Positions 16,365 to 26,108 of a stretch of 64,000 nucleotides of DNA are shown here, piece after piece. The translations under genes were made by a program, and so were the position numbers. Position 1 is the first letter of the stretch. Each line of letters starts with the position of its first letter. The notes below the pieces were generated by a model. The model saw only the letters and a program-made list of their open reading frames with translations. It did no database searches and was not told the DNA's origin. This DNA is from a virus. The stretch spans positions 5,093 to 69,092 of the IMG/VR virus record IMGVR_UViG_2867359821_000001. One strand, 5' to 3'.

Positions 16365-16925
16365 GTGACCACTCTCTCCGCAGAAACCGCCGACCGCTAC
16401 CACCGCTCAATCCTCGCCGCATGCGACGCTGATGCCCCGTTCGGATACGTCAACCGCCAGACCGACGAGCAGGCCCACGACTTCGACGAACTGGCACAGG
16501 CGCTCGACCTGGCGCCCCGCGTGCTGGATGACATGCTGACCATCGCCGACCGGATCGAGTCCGGCGAACTGCTGGAGGACGGTTCCGACTGGTACGACGA
16601 GAACGGCGACGAGCGCACGCTGCCCGACGACGCCGAACCGCACCCGACCCGCGCCGAGATCCTGGGCGACTGGGAGCCCGCGAGCGCTCAGGACTACCTC
16701 CAGGACGCCCTGAGCATCCGCTACACGGCGAGCGGGCGCGGCGCGGATGACTACATGAGCGCGGATATCGCTATCGCGATCGGCGGACCCAACGTCTGGA
16801 TTTCGACGGGCGATAAGACGCTGACCGTCTACTGGGGCGGCGAGCCGGAAACGCGCGGCCTCCCGTTCGAGTTCTGCGAGCAGCTGGACGAAGCGTGCGC
16901 CGAATACTGGGGGATGAGCGAGTGA
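16365..16925 (+). CDS. hypothetical acidic protein (about 186 aa)
   Basis: GTG start after GGAGCACATC; VTTLSAETADRYHRSILAACDADAPFGYVN... Confidence 0.45.
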   Translation: MTTLSAETADRYHRSILAACDADAPFGYVNRQTDEQAHDFDELAQALDLAPRVLDDMLTIADRIESGELLEDGSDWYDENGDERTLPDDAEPHPTRAEILGDWEPASAQDYLQDALSIRYTASGRGADDYMSADIAIAIGGPNVWISTGDKTLTVYWGGEPETRGLPFEFCEQLDEACAEYWGMSE

Positions 16926-17215
16926 GCTACCGCGACACCGCCCGCGCATTCGCCACGGCCTCAGCGACGGAAGAGCGCTGGTCACCCCAGGCGCACTGGT
17001 TGGACTCGATCACGCGGGGCACCCCCTCACACGATGCAACCGGCTACGACCCGAACGCCACCGCGCGCGCATACGGTCGCCACGTCGAGAAGCTCGCCGC
17101 CGACCTGCGCGAGGCGCTGAGCGACGACGCACAAGAGAAGCCGCTCCGCGCCTACGCCGTCACGCTGGAGGACGCCGCCCGCGCCCTGCTCGCCGCTATC
17201 GGAGAGGACGCCTGA
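16922..17215 (+). CDS. hypothetical protein (about 97 aa)
   Basis: GTGA overlap with upstream stop; start uncertain (alternative GTG 16895). Confidence 0.4.
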   Translation: MSYRDTARAFATASATEERWSPQAHWLDSITRGTPSHDATGYDPNATARAYGRHVEKLAADLREALSDDAQEKPLRAYAVTLEDAARALLAAIGEDA

Positions 17216-17463
17216 TGCCCCCGTACTGCGAAGAACACGCGATGTACCACGACGAGCCGGGAGAGTGCGATGCGATGCGCGCCGCCGACCGTTTGAAAGC
17301 CAAGATCGCCGCGCGCCGGAAGCGCGCCGAGCGGATCGCTCAGCGAGTAGCGACAGACCATTCCGTCAAAAACAACCCTTTCCCCGACTCCTGGGACGCG
17401 CTGGAAGAAATGCTCACCGCCGCCGCCCTGCAAGCCCTCACCGAAACGGAGAACACGAAATGA
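17215..17463 (+). CDS. hypothetical protein (82 aa)
   Basis: ORF-track ORF, ATGA coupling. Confidence 0.45.
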   Translation: MPPYCEEHAMYHDEPGECDAMRAADRLKAKIAARRKRAERIAQRVATDHSVKNNPFPDSWDALEEMLTAAALQALTETENTK

Positions 17464-18182
17464 CCATGATCGACACCGCCCCCACCGCCCCCGACACCGC
17501 AGAGGCCCTGCTCCCGGTGCTGGAAATCCCGCTCTCGGTCGCGATCCAGTCCGCCGCCGCCATGCTCACCAGCGCAAGCAAGGATGACGTGACGCCAGTG
17601 CTCACCACGGCACATTTCGACGGGACTCACCTGAACGCAACCGACCGTTACAAGGTGGCCCGCTTCGAGATGCCGACCAAGCCGGCGAGCGAGGAAGGCA
17701 GGCTCACGCTGGGCGAGGCGTTCCTGATCCCTCGCGCCGCCCTCGAATGGGTGACCAAGATCACCGTCAAGTCGCTGCGGCAGAGCGGCATCCTGTCCGG
17801 CCTCTACACCATCCGCTACGAGCGCGAGTCGGACCCGCGCGGCGAGGGATACCAGAACGCCCCCGGCACCGTGACTGTCTCCGTCGTCGACCATGCGGGC
17901 AAGACGGAGCGCTCGCAGGCGTTCGACGGCGTGGTCGGCAACTTCCCGCCCGTCGCCCGCCTGTTCCCGGAGAACCCCGACGAGGAGGTGACCACCGGAA
18001 CGCAGGCGTTCAACCCCGCCTACATGGGCGTGATCCTCGCCTACATCGCCAAGTACAGCGACCGGGGCGCACCGTTCCGCTTCCGAGTGGCACAGTCCAA
18101 CGCGGGACACAAGCTCGCCCCCGCGCTCATCACCGGCGCGGGCGCATCGTTCCTGATCCAGCCCCACCTGATCCTCCGCTGA
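17460..18182 (+). CDS. DnaN-like (beta sliding clamp-like) protein, short form
   Basis: LSVAIQSAAAMLTSASKDDVTPVLTTAHFDGTHLNATDRYKVARFE resembles clamp N-terminus (TLPILS..LLEA.DG.L.LTATDLE). Only about 240 aa. Start trimmed to ATG 17460. Confidence 0.4.
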   Translation: MTMIDTAPTAPDTAEALLPVLEIPLSVAIQSAAAMLTSASKDDVTPVLTTAHFDGTHLNATDRYKVARFEMPTKPASEEGRLTLGEAFLIPRAALEWVTKITVKSLRQSGILSGLYTIRYERESDPRGEGYQNAPGTVTVSVVDHAGKTERSQAFDGVVGNFPPVARLFPENPDEEVTTGTQAFNPAYMGVILAYIAKYSDRGAPFRFRVAQSNAGHKLAPALITGAGASFLIQPHLILR

Positions 18183-18196
18183 GAAAGGCGCGCACG

Positions 18197-18541
18197 ATGA
18201 GCACCAACCGATACCCCGGCATCAGCGACGAGAACGCAGCCCGCATCGTTGCCCGCGAGCCTTTCGAGAGCGTGCAGAGCCGCGGATACGTCCGCAGTGA
18301 CGGCGCGTACATCATCGGCAGTGGTCGCCTGATGAACGACGACAATAAAGCTCGCGACCTGCTCGCCGTCTACCCGGACGACCGGATCGAACCGCTCCGC
18401 ATCACCGCGAACGCCGAGCCGATCGCCCGCATCCTGGCCGACGCTCGCGAAGAGAAGGAGCGCCACGCGACGTACGCCGACATGCTGGAGCGTGGCTACA
18501 GCGACCATGAAGCTCGCGAGGAAGCATGGGGTCACGAATGA
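18197..18541 (+). CDS. hypothetical protein (114 aa)
   Basis: MSTNRYPGISDENAARIVAREPF... Confidence 0.45.
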   Translation: MSTNRYPGISDENAARIVAREPFESVQSRGYVRSDGAYIIGSGRLMNDDNKARDLLAVYPDDRIEPLRITANAEPIARILADAREEKERHATYADMLERGYSDHEAREEAWGHE

Positions 18542-18834
18542 GCACCGCAACCGCCCTCGAAATCGGCGCATTTAACCGATCCGGCCTCGCGCAGATCACC
18601 GACACCAACTGGGATTCGAACGGCACGCTGCGCGTCACCGTCCGCGAGATGATCGGCGGCTTCGACTGCTGGATCGGCGGCAAGAAGCGCGCGATCCGCG
18701 TCATGCGAGACCTGGCCCGCCGCGCGCTCCCCGAGTACCACGAGGGTCAGACGAAGGGCGCCCGCCTGGTGCGCACGTTCTACGCAGACGGCGGCCACCA
18801 CGCCACGTTCGCAGTGACGAGGGTCGCGCGATGA
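18538..18834 (+). CDS. hypothetical protein (98 aa)
   Basis: MSTATALEIGAFNRSGLAQITDTNWDSNG...; ATGA coupling. Confidence 0.45.
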   Translation: MSTATALEIGAFNRSGLAQITDTNWDSNGTLRVTVREMIGGFDCWIGGKKRAIRVMRDLARRALPEYHEGQTKGARLVRTFYADGGHHATFAVTRVAR

Positions 18835-19001
18835 GGCAGCAGAGGCGACACCGACGGGTCTCGACCACCCGACTCCGTTTCGAGCCGTTCGGCGGGCGCA
18901 ACGCCTACCGCACCAGCTACACCCGGTACGCCAACCACCGCCGCATCTACTCGGTGCCGTTCGGCGCCTACTGGATCGACCTGGAGGAAAGAGCAGCATG
19001 A
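18831..19001 (+). CDS. small basic protein (56 aa)
   Basis: MRQQRRHRRVSTTRLRFEPFGG...; found manually, coupled both sides. Confidence 0.35.
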   Translation: MRQQRRHRRVSTTRLRFEPFGGRNAYRTSYTRYANHRRIYSVPFGAYWIDLEERAA

Positions 19002-19192
19002 GCGCCGCCCTCCGAGCCGCCTGGCTGGCCGACATGGCCCGCCTGGTCCCGCAGATCGAACCGCACCTGTTCGTCATCGACGGCCAGCCCTACATTGGGG
19101 ACACCTGCCCGCCGCACCTGGCGGAGCTTCACACCAAGCTCGCGAGCATCGGCTACGCGAACGGCTTCTACGAGACAGAGAGCGCAGCATGA
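18998..19192 (+). CDS. hypothetical protein (64 aa)
   Basis: ORF-track ORF. Confidence 0.4.
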   Translation: MSAALRAAWLADMARLVPQIEPHLFVIDGQPYIGDTCPPHLAELHTKLASIGYANGFYETESAA

Positions 19193-19518
19193 CCACCTTC
19201 CATCTGAGCATCACGCTCGACCCGGCCACCGTCCACTCGGGCGACGACGTGCAACGCGCGCTGGCCTTGACCGGCGCAGAGCTGGCGAACAAGTACGACG
19301 GGCTGCACCTGCCCGACCACCTGACCGGCATCATCCGCGACGCGAACGGGAACGCGGTCGGGACGTGGAGCACGGGTACGCCGCCCGTCATCCTCACAGA
19401 ATCCATCGCACTCGCAGCCGCCGAAGACTACAGCGCGGAAGGCTCCACCTCCGAGCAGAGCGTCGGCCGATGGGCGCGCGAGTTCGTGGAGCGCGCACAG
19501 AACGGAGAATTCGCATGA
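19189..19518 (+). CDS. hypothetical protein (109 aa)
   Basis: ORF-track ORF. Confidence 0.45.
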   Translation: MTTFHLSITLDPATVHSGDDVQRALALTGAELANKYDGLHLPDHLTGIIRDANGNAVGTWSTGTPPVILTESIALAAAEDYSAEGSTSEQSVGRWAREFVERAQNGEFA

Positions 19519-19808
19519 CCACCAAGACTCACACCAAGGAAGCCGCCGACGAGGCGATCATCGAGCGAGCGTTCGAGCAGATCGGCGCGGACAATCCGAT
19601 GTCATTCATCACCCGCGCCGACGTGCGCCAGTGGCTCGACCTGCTCCGCCCGCTCATCTCCGAGCGCCTGGTCGTATCGAGCGCCAGTGGCGACGTGCGC
19701 ACCTGGATCGGCGGCGACACCGTGGCCGACCTGCTCGAAACCGTCAACGGCTACCTGGCAGACGGCTACAAGCCGGAAGAGCTCGTGATCGAAGGGCTGA
19801 CGCGATGA
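19515..19808 (+). CDS. hypothetical protein (97 aa)
   Basis: MTTKTHTKEAADEAIIERAFEQIG...; trimmed from ORF 19095..19808. Confidence 0.45.
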   Translation: MTTKTHTKEAADEAIIERAFEQIGADNPMSFITRADVRQWLDLLRPLISERLVVSSASGDVRTWIGGDTVADLLETVNGYLADGYKPEELVIEGLTR

Positions 19809-19951
19809 GATACCGCATCCACTACACGCTGGCCGACGGCTCCGAGGACAGCATCGTCTTGGCCGGCGACTCCATCGAGTCCATCCGAGAGCAAGCCGCC
19901 GAAGAACTCGCCAAGCGAGGCGGCACGAACCCCTGGTCGGAGGAAGCATGA
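19805..19951 (+). CDS. small protein (48 aa), MRYRI family paralogue 3
   Basis: MRYRIHYTLADGSEDSIVLAGDSIESIREQAAEELAKRGG. Confidence 0.35.
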   Translation: MRYRIHYTLADGSEDSIVLAGDSIESIREQAAEELAKRGGTNPWSEEA

Positions 19952-20196
19952 GCACCAAGACCCCCGAGGCAGCCACAGACCACAGCGCCGAGGTGACGAT
20001 CACCCTCCCGAGCGGCCAGGAAATCACCGCCTGGATCGGAACGTCACTCGCCGACGGCTCCGCTCTGGTTCAGATCGACACGAACGGCACTCCTGGCAAC
20101 GTGCGCGTGTTCATCAACGACAGCGACCAGCCACTCCTGGACGAGAACCCGGAGACGGGCCAGTACGAGGACGTACTGGAAGGAGCGGGCGAATGA
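19948..20196 (+). CDS. hypothetical protein (82 aa)
   Basis: ORF-track ORF. Confidence 0.45.
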   Translation: MSTKTPEAATDHSAEVTITLPSGQEITAWIGTSLADGSALVQIDTNGTPGNVRVFINDSDQPLLDENPETGQYEDVLEGAGE

Positions 20197-20486
20197 AGAC
20201 CGCAGAGCAGATCGCAGAACAGACCCTCGACCACTGGCTCACCAACCTAGCCGACACTCGATCCGTCACCCAGATCATCGCGCAGGCGATCGAGGCCGAC
20301 CGGGCGCAGCGCGCCGCCGATCTGCAAGTGCTGGCAAACGCCGCGAGCCACTGGGCAACCGAGCTGACCGAGTATGTCATCGACGGCTCACGCGAGGCGG
20401 GGGATGCCGAGAGCGCAGAGGCTCAGGAGGTCGAGCGCGACGCAATCCAGGCGGTGCTGGGCCGCTACCTCGGAGGTGTCGCATGA
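20193..20486 (+). CDS. hypothetical protein (97 aa)
   Basis: ORF-track ORF. Confidence 0.45.
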   Translation: MKTAEQIAEQTLDHWLTNLADTRSVTQIIAQAIEADRAQRAADLQVLANAASHWATELTEYVIDGSREAGDAESAEAQEVERDAIQAVLGRYLGGVA

Positions 20487-20653
20487 CCCGCACAGAGTGG
20501 GACGACCAGCGCACCGCCCTGGCCGAGCGCATCGACCGCTTCCCCACCCGAAAGCACCCCGCGGTTAGGCCACTAATCCGCGAGCATGACCGGCTCACCG
20601 AGTACGGCCTGCAGCACGAATTCATCAGTCCGGCCGAAGCCGCGCGAGCGTAA
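20483..20653 (+). CDS. small protein (56 aa)
   Basis: MTRTEWDDQRTALAERIDRFPTRKHPAVRPLIREHDRLTEYG...; GGAGGTGTCGC before ATG. Confidence 0.35.
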   Translation: MTRTEWDDQRTALAERIDRFPTRKHPAVRPLIREHDRLTEYGLQHEFISPAEAARA

Positions 20654-20663
20654 GGAGCAGCAC

Positions 20664-21065
20664 ATGGGAATGCACTACAACATCACCTTCCACAACGCAC
20701 TCATCAAGCCCGAGAGCTACGCCGCCATGATCGGCTGGACACCCGAGGCTGCCGCCGCCGAGCCGGAAAGGGTCGCGGAGCTGGCCCTCGCGCACGTCAC
20801 CGAGTTGCTCGGAGAGTGGAGTGATCCCGTCCAGGACGAGGACGGCATTCTCATGGACGGTGACGGCTTCAACGACAGTGCGAGCTACGGCTACGGAGAG
20901 CAGTTGAGCGGCCTCCTGGCTCACTGCGAACCGGGTGCGTACATCCACGAGATCGACGACGAGGAGTCCAGCGGCGAGCAGTGGCGCATCCTCGTGATGC
21001 CGGATCGCACGGTCAAGGTCATCCAGCCGGTCATTATCTGGCCGGGGATAGAGGGGGCAGCATGA
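20664..21065 (+). CDS. hypothetical acidic protein (133 aa)
   Basis: AAGGAGCAGCAC before ATG 20664. Confidence 0.45.
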   Translation: MGMHYNITFHNALIKPESYAAMIGWTPEAAAAEPERVAELALAHVTELLGEWSDPVQDEDGILMDGDGFNDSASYGYGEQLSGLLAHCEPGAYIHEIDDEESSGEQWRILVMPDRTVKVIQPVIIWPGIEGAA

Positions 21066-21322
21066 GTACCGCACCCGAGCCTTACTTCCGCGGCATCAAC
21101 TCCGACGCCTCCGAGTGGCGCGACCGCGACGACCAGCACGCACTCCGCTACGAGGTGGTGGACCTGAACATCACCGCGACCCTGACCCGAGATGTCATGT
21201 TCAACGGCACCGAGCGGGCCGAGCGCCTAGTGTCCGTCATCGAGTGCCGCGAATGCGGCGCGATCCTCCGCACAGCCAACCGACGTAAGCACGAACGATT
21301 CCACGGAAGGGTGGGCAACTGA
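21062..21322 (+). CDS. hypothetical protein (86 aa)
   Basis: trimmed from ORF 20981..21322; ECRECG motif. Confidence 0.4.
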   Translation: MSTAPEPYFRGINSDASEWRDRDDQHALRYEVVDLNITATLTRDVMFNGTERAERLVSVIECRECGAILRTANRRKHERFHGRVGN

Positions 21323-21771
21323 TGACCGAGAACATTCCCCAGACCAGCGCCAGCGAGCGCATCGAGCAGGCCCAGAAGGTGCTGGCCGAGTTCAGGAATG
21401 CCACACCTGAGAATGGCAAGAACGACATCGACCGCTACCGCCTGGCCCTGGAGATGGCCGACCGGCTCGAAGCCCTCATCACTCCGCCTGGAGTGCACGA
21501 TAGCGAGCGAAGCCTTGCGCGAGACCTGATCACGAAGACCCCAGCACACGTCAGCGGTCAGGGTATCCGCTTCCAGTATGACGATCTGATGGAGATGCTC
21601 ATGAGCGCCATCCGCGCCGGCATCCAGTACGCCCATGAGCGCTGGGAGCCCGCCGACCACCCGAGCCAGGAGATGATGCTCCGCTGGCTGGGGATCACGC
21701 ACGAAGAGTCTGTGCGAGAACACGAAGCCTGGTTCATCCCCGAGCAGTACATCGAGAAGGAAGTCGACTGA
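21322..21771 (+). CDS. hypothetical protein (149 aa)
   Basis: ORF-track ORF. Confidence 0.5.
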   Translation: MTENIPQTSASERIEQAQKVLAEFRNATPENGKNDIDRYRLALEMADRLEALITPPGVHDSERSLARDLITKTPAHVSGQGIRFQYDDLMEMLMSAIRAGIQYAHERWEPADHPSQEMMLRWLGITHEESVREHEAWFIPEQYIEKEVD

Positions 21772-21974
21772 TGGATGTGATCGACGCTATCGACGCGCGT
21801 ATCGCCGCGTCTGCCAAGAAGCGTGAGCGCCTCGCGCAGGCGGTTCAGGCATTCCTTGACGAGGACAATCTGGGGCGAGGCTTCACCGACGCGGCAATCC
21901 TCGACGGCCAGCCGACAACGGTGCTGGTCGAGTTCCAGAACGAGACCTTCGCCATCACCGTGGAGGACGCATGA
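21771..21974 (+). CDS. hypothetical protein (67 aa)
   Basis: ORF-track ORF. Confidence 0.4.
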   Translation: MDVIDAIDARIAASAKKRERLAQAVQAFLDEDNLGRGFTDAAILDGQPTTVLVEFQNETFAITVEDA

Positions 21975-22201
21975 GCACGCCCGCTGCGCCGGTTGCCCGC
22001 GTACACGTCGACGACTACGACCCTGAGGTCTACCGGGGTGAGGATGCGCTTCTTGTCGCAGAAAAGATGGCGAACGTGTTCCGCGGAGACTTCCCCGGCG
22101 CCATTGTCGGCGTGAGCTACAACCCCGAAGCCGCTGAATCGAAGCGCCGCCTCGTGCTGGAGAGCTTCGGGTTCAACGCAGACCAAGGAGAGAACGCATG
22201 A
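21971..22201 (+). CDS. hypothetical protein (76 aa)
   Basis: ORF-track ORF. Confidence 0.4.
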   Translation: MSTPAAPVARVHVDDYDPEVYRGEDALLVAEKMANVFRGDFPGAIVGVSYNPEAAESKRRLVLESFGFNADQGENA

Positions 22202-22428
22202 CCACCCCCAACCCCTACTACAGCCCCCAGAACCTCGACCTGTCCCGCGCCTACGGCCTCCCGGTCAAGACGGTGGATGACGCGATCCAGGGTGCGCTGG
22301 AGCACGCTGTCAAGGTGGAGGGCTGGTCGGGCATCCCCGACCTGAACCCGCTCATCTGGAACTTCATCTCCGACGACGTGCTCCACACCCTGGACGGCCA
22401 CGTCACGATGGGGGAGGCGGCGGCGTGA
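22198..22428 (+). CDS. hypothetical protein (76 aa)
   Basis: ORF-track ORF. Confidence 0.4.
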   Translation: MTTPNPYYSPQNLDLSRAYGLPVKTVDDAIQGALEHAVKVEGWSGIPDLNPLIWNFISDDVLHTLDGHVTMGEAAA

Positions 22429-22727
22429 GTACGAACGCAGACCTGATCGCCCGGTTCGACTCGTGGGCCGCCATGCCGCAGACGGGCAGCCTCAACCAGC
22501 AGCAGCGCTGGCGCTCGTTCGCAACCGAATTGCGCGACGCGCTGGAGTCGGTCGAGAACGCGAGCCAGAGCCCAGAGCGAGAGGAGGCGTACCGAGTCCT
22601 CTCCGAGCACGCAGCGGCGCACCTCGACGTCGCCCTCTCGGACTCGAACCAGAGCCAGGCCGAGGGGTCGCTCGCGCTCATGGAGAGCGTCAACATCCTG
22701 CACCACGGAAGAAGGACTCGCGCATGA
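22425..22727 (+). CDS. hypothetical protein (100 aa)
   Basis: ORF-track ORF. Confidence 0.4.
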   Translation: MSTNADLIARFDSWAAMPQTGSLNQQQRWRSFATELRDALESVENASQSPEREEAYRVLSEHAAAHLDVALSDSNQSQAEGSLALMESVNILHHGRRTRA

Positions 22728-22909
22728 TTGCGATCCCACTCCCAGCCGCCCGCGCGGCCACCTAGACCGATGACGCGGCACAGGAGGGCTTGATGCCGCG
22801 CATCACAGCACGCCTGGAGCGTGCGGCTGACTCTCGATCTGGGGTCGAGGGCCGGTCGGATGAAACCAGACACTCAACACGAACACCTCACCGACAGAAG
22901 GAGAAGAGC

Positions 22910-23125
22910 ATGAGCCCGAAGACTGAAGCCGAGCGTGACCTCATCGACACGCAGATCAAGCTGAAAGCCACGAAGTCCCGGATGCACAAGGTCGAGCTGG
23001 TTCTCCAGTTCAATCGCAAGCACGGGCAGCTTCCCGTCAGTCTGCTGGATGTGTTCGGCCACTCTGAGTACGTGCGTGGATTCGGAGCTGGCGTCAAGGA
23101 TGCGACCGGAGAGGACGACGACTGA
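22910..23125 (+). CDS. hypothetical protein (71 aa)
   Basis: MSPKTEAERDLIDTQIKLKATKSRMHK...; GAAGGAGAAGAGC before ATG. Confidence 0.45.
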   Translation: MSPKTEAERDLIDTQIKLKATKSRMHKVELVLQFNRKHGQLPVSLLDVFGHSEYVRGFGAGVKDATGEDDD

Positions 23126-23484
23126 TGACCCTCCTGACCCCCGAGTTCGAGACCCTGCACTCGATCGCCCGCTCCCTCGACCGTCTCCCGCTGACCACCG
23201 AGCAGCGCGCCGACATCTTCCACGCCTGGGAGACGGCGCCCGATGAGCCGATCCCCTCCTGGCCCCAGTCGGCCGCCGACGACGAGAGCTACGACCGCTA
23301 CTGCGAGAGCGCCGCGGGCCGCGCATGGCGCCGGGTGCGGTACTTCCGTCTTCACCGACAGAGCGGCAGCCACTACGCCACCGACCTGGACGAGGCCAGC
23401 AACTACGAGTCCGCGCCGACCAAGACCGAAATCCTCCAAGCATTGACCAACGCCGAGCACCTCCTCGCCGGCGGGAAGGAATGA
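23125..23484 (+). CDS. hypothetical protein (119 aa)
   Basis: ORF-track ORF. Confidence 0.45.
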   Translation: MTLLTPEFETLHSIARSLDRLPLTTEQRADIFHAWETAPDEPIPSWPQSAADDESYDRYCESAAGRAWRRVRYFRLHRQSGSHYATDLDEASNYESAPTKTEILQALTNAEHLLAGGKE

Positions 23485-23789
23485 CCATGATCGAACCACT
23501 CAACCTCCAGGTTGCACGCGGCCAGAGGGCCGCCGCAGACCTCCGCGACGCAGAGAACATGATGCGGCGCATGGCCGCATGGGACCAGCTCTTGGCGCAG
23601 GAGAAAGCCGCCGAGTACGAGAAGGGCAAAGAGTCGCGCTACGCGGACCTGCCCGACTTCGCGCCGGTGTTCTGCGTGGACTGCCGGGACGACGTGTTCC
23701 CCGACTTCACCAAGGAGCCCGACGGCGCGTGCCCGTTCGACATCAATCATGTGCTGGGCACCCACGCCCTCGACCGGGCTGCGGCCTGA
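23481..23789 (+). CDS. hypothetical protein (102 aa)
   Basis: MTMIEPLNLQVARGQRAAADL...; GGAAGGA RBS. Confidence 0.45.
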   Translation: MTMIEPLNLQVARGQRAAADLRDAENMMRRMAAWDQLLAQEKAAEYEKGKESRYADLPDFAPVFCVDCRDDVFPDFTKEPDGACPFDINHVLGTHALDRAAA

Positions 23790-23806
23790 GAATTAAGGAG
23801 CAAATC

Positions 23807-24382
23807 TTGAGCGCGACAAAGCAAGCCCTGTTCGACAAAGGCCTCGAACTGCACCTCGCATACAAGGGCGCCAAGACCCGAGAGCGGGAGATCGCACGCC
23901 TCCAGGCCGAGGCGCGCGTCCAGGATGTCCTCGACCAGCGCAACATCTTCCTGGCGGCCCTGGTCGACGACGAGGGCTTCTCGATCAACGACGTCACCCG
24001 CATCCTCGACAACAAGAACTGGGACTGGGCAAAGAAGGCGGTTGAGGCCGGCCGCGCCGCCCGCCAGGCGGCGGCACCCGCGCCGATCATCTCCATCGAC
24101 GCTCACCAGCCGGACGGCCCGTACAGCTGGATCGCGGCGGAGCAGCGGCTCGAGGTGAGCATGGCTCAGGCCGAGTTCGAGGAGTACCTACCGATGCTCG
24201 CCCGCCACCCGCACCACGAAGGCGAGCAGTGGGAGTTCTCGTATGCCGACGGCAAGCTCCTCCCGCACTTCGCCGACGATGACGCCACCTGGGAGCACCC
24301 GGTCGTCCAGGTCGTGATGACCGAGCGCGGCAAGCAGCAGGCGATCGCCTACATCGAAGCACAGAGCAAGGCCGCGGCATGA
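23807..24382 (+). CDS. hypothetical protein (191 aa)
   Basis: TTG start 6 nt after AAGGAG; SATKQALFDKGLELHLAYKGAKTRERE... Confidence 0.45.
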   Translation: MSATKQALFDKGLELHLAYKGAKTREREIARLQAEARVQDVLDQRNIFLAALVDDEGFSINDVTRILDNKNWDWAKKAVEAGRAARQAAAPAPIISIDAHQPDGPYSWIAAEQRLEVSMAQAEFEEYLPMLARHPHHEGEQWEFSYADGKLLPHFADDDATWEHPVVQVVMTERGKQQAIAYIEAQSKAAA

Positions 24383-24534
24383 AGTCCCCCGAGGAGAGCG
24401 GCGCACGAGCGGTCCAGCGCTACGTCGATCGGGTCAAGGGGGAGCACGGCTTCCACCCGATCCTGATCCCCACCGAAGTCGTGGCCGGCCTCATCGCCGC
24501 TGCGATCCGCGCCGACCGCAAGAAGCGCCAGTAA
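24379..24534 (+). CDS. small protein (51 aa)
   Basis: MKSPEESGARAVQRYVDRVKGEHGF...; ATGA overlap. Confidence 0.35.
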   Translation: MKSPEESGARAVQRYVDRVKGEHGFHPILIPTEVVAGLIAAAIRADRKKRQ

Positions 24535-24542
24535 GGAGCACC

Positions 24543-26108
24543 ATGGAACGCCTCACCCCCCACGACTACCAGCAGGCAGCAATCGACAAGATCCTCGCCG
24601 AGCCGACGCGCGCCGCGCTGATCGGCGACGAGGTGGGCATGGGTAAGACCTTGCTCGCGGCCGAGGTGGCAATCCAGGCCGGGTGGCGGCGTGCACTATT
24701 CATCGGCATCGCGGACACCTTCGACCAGTGGAAAGACCACCTCGAAGGGCAATCGGAGGGTGCGGTGACCATCCGCCGCATGGAGTCCACGAAGGCGGGG
24801 CGCGCGGCGTTCAAGGACTTCTTGGCAGGCGAGCCTGGCTTCTACTTCGCGGGCATCGCGTGGCTGGTGGCGCAGGACTGGAAGTACCAGAACAAGCTCG
24901 ACTTCCAGGGCAACCCGATCGAGAAGATCGACAAGAAGACGGGCATGCCCACCGGGAAGATGGAGCGCGAGCGCATCCACCTGAAGACGTTCGAGAAGAT
25001 GTCGAAGCGCAAAGGGAGCGCGGTCGACGCGGTGGTTTTCGATGAGGCGCACCAGGTCGCCAACAAGGATTCGATCGGCCGCAAGACACTCATCACGTTT
25101 CGCGGGGCGCCCGACGCCGACGGCAACCCCACGATGCCGTGGAAAATCGCGCTCAGCGCGACGTGGGCCGGCAACTCGTTCGAGAACGCCTGGAGCCTCC
25201 CGCGCTGGTGCTGGCCCGACCTAGTGCCGGCGTTCTGGAACTGGCACGACATCTGGTGCGCGACCGAGAAGGTCTACGTGCCCGGCCGCAAAGAGCCGGT
25301 CAACCGCGTCATCGGCGAGAAGGTGCCGGGCGAGTTCATCAAGACGCTGCCCTGCTACATCGACAACCGCAACCATGAGAAGGCGCCAGCTCCGACCATC
25401 ATCCACGTCGACCCGACGCCGCAGCAGGCCTCACAGTTCGAGGATCTGAAGAAAGATCTGATGACCTGGGTCGAGACCGAGGCGGGGGAGACTCCACTGG
25501 TGGTCGACGTGCCGGGCGGGCTGTACGCCCGCTTCAAGCAGCTAGCGCTGGCCGAGTTGACTGTTGATGAGGACGGCGGCGTGGCGTTCGCACCGAACGC
25601 AGCATCCGCGAAACTGCGCGTGCTGAAAGGCATCCTCGACCACTGGGGCGACCAGCCGGTCATCCTGTTCACCGATTCGAAGATCTTCGCCCACCTGGCC
25701 GCCGACCGGATGCGCGCCGCAGGGTATAGCGCCGAGGCATGGACGGGCGACGTCAGCCGGTTGGAGCGCGCTCGGATCAAGGCGGACTTCGTCGAGGGGC
25801 GCCTGCAGTACCTGATCGGCACCGTGCAGTCGATGGGCACGGGCCTCGACGGGCTGCAGAAGGTCTGCTCGAAAGCTGTCTGGCTGAACGTGCCCGACGG
25901 TGACCCGAAGCTTGAGGAGCAGGCGCTCGGTCGCGTGTTCCGTCAGGGCCGCACGCTCGCCCACGGCGAGTTCGAGCACGTCCGACTGGTCATGCGTGAT
26001 TCACAGGACGAGGGAATCCTTGAGCGACTGCTCGTCAAGGGCGCCTCCATCCGCTCCTCGATCGACAGCCGGATGGCGAACACCGTCGAACAAGCTATTG
26101 CAGCTTGA
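24543..26108 (+). CDS. SNF2/DEAD-box-like superfamily II helicase
   Basis: Walker A GDEVGMGKT, DEAH box (AVVFDEAHQV), helicase-C motifs (SMGTGLDG, QALGRVFRQGR), 521 aa. Confidence 0.75.
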   Translation: MERLTPHDYQQAAIDKILAEPTRAALIGDEVGMGKTLLAAEVAIQAGWRRALFIGIADTFDQWKDHLEGQSEGAVTIRRMESTKAGRAAFKDFLAGEPGFYFAGIAWLVAQDWKYQNKLDFQGNPIEKIDKKTGMPTGKMERERIHLKTFEKMSKRKGSAVDAVVFDEAHQVANKDSIGRKTLITFRGAPDADGNPTMPWKIALSATWAGNSFENAWSLPRWCWPDLVPAFWNWHDIWCATEKVYVPGRKEPVNRVIGEKVPGEFIKTLPCYIDNRNHEKAPAPTIIHVDPTPQQASQFEDLKKDLMTWVETEAGETPLVVDVPGGLYARFKQLALAELTVDEDGGVAFAPNAASAKLRVLKGILDHWGDQPVILFTDSKIFAHLAADRMRAAGYSAEAWTGDVSRLERARIKADFVEGRLQYLIGTVQSMGTGLDGLQKVCSKAVWLNVPDGDPKLEEQALGRVFRQGRTLAHGEFEHVRLVMRDSQDEGILERLLVKGASIRSSIDSRMANTVEQAIAA

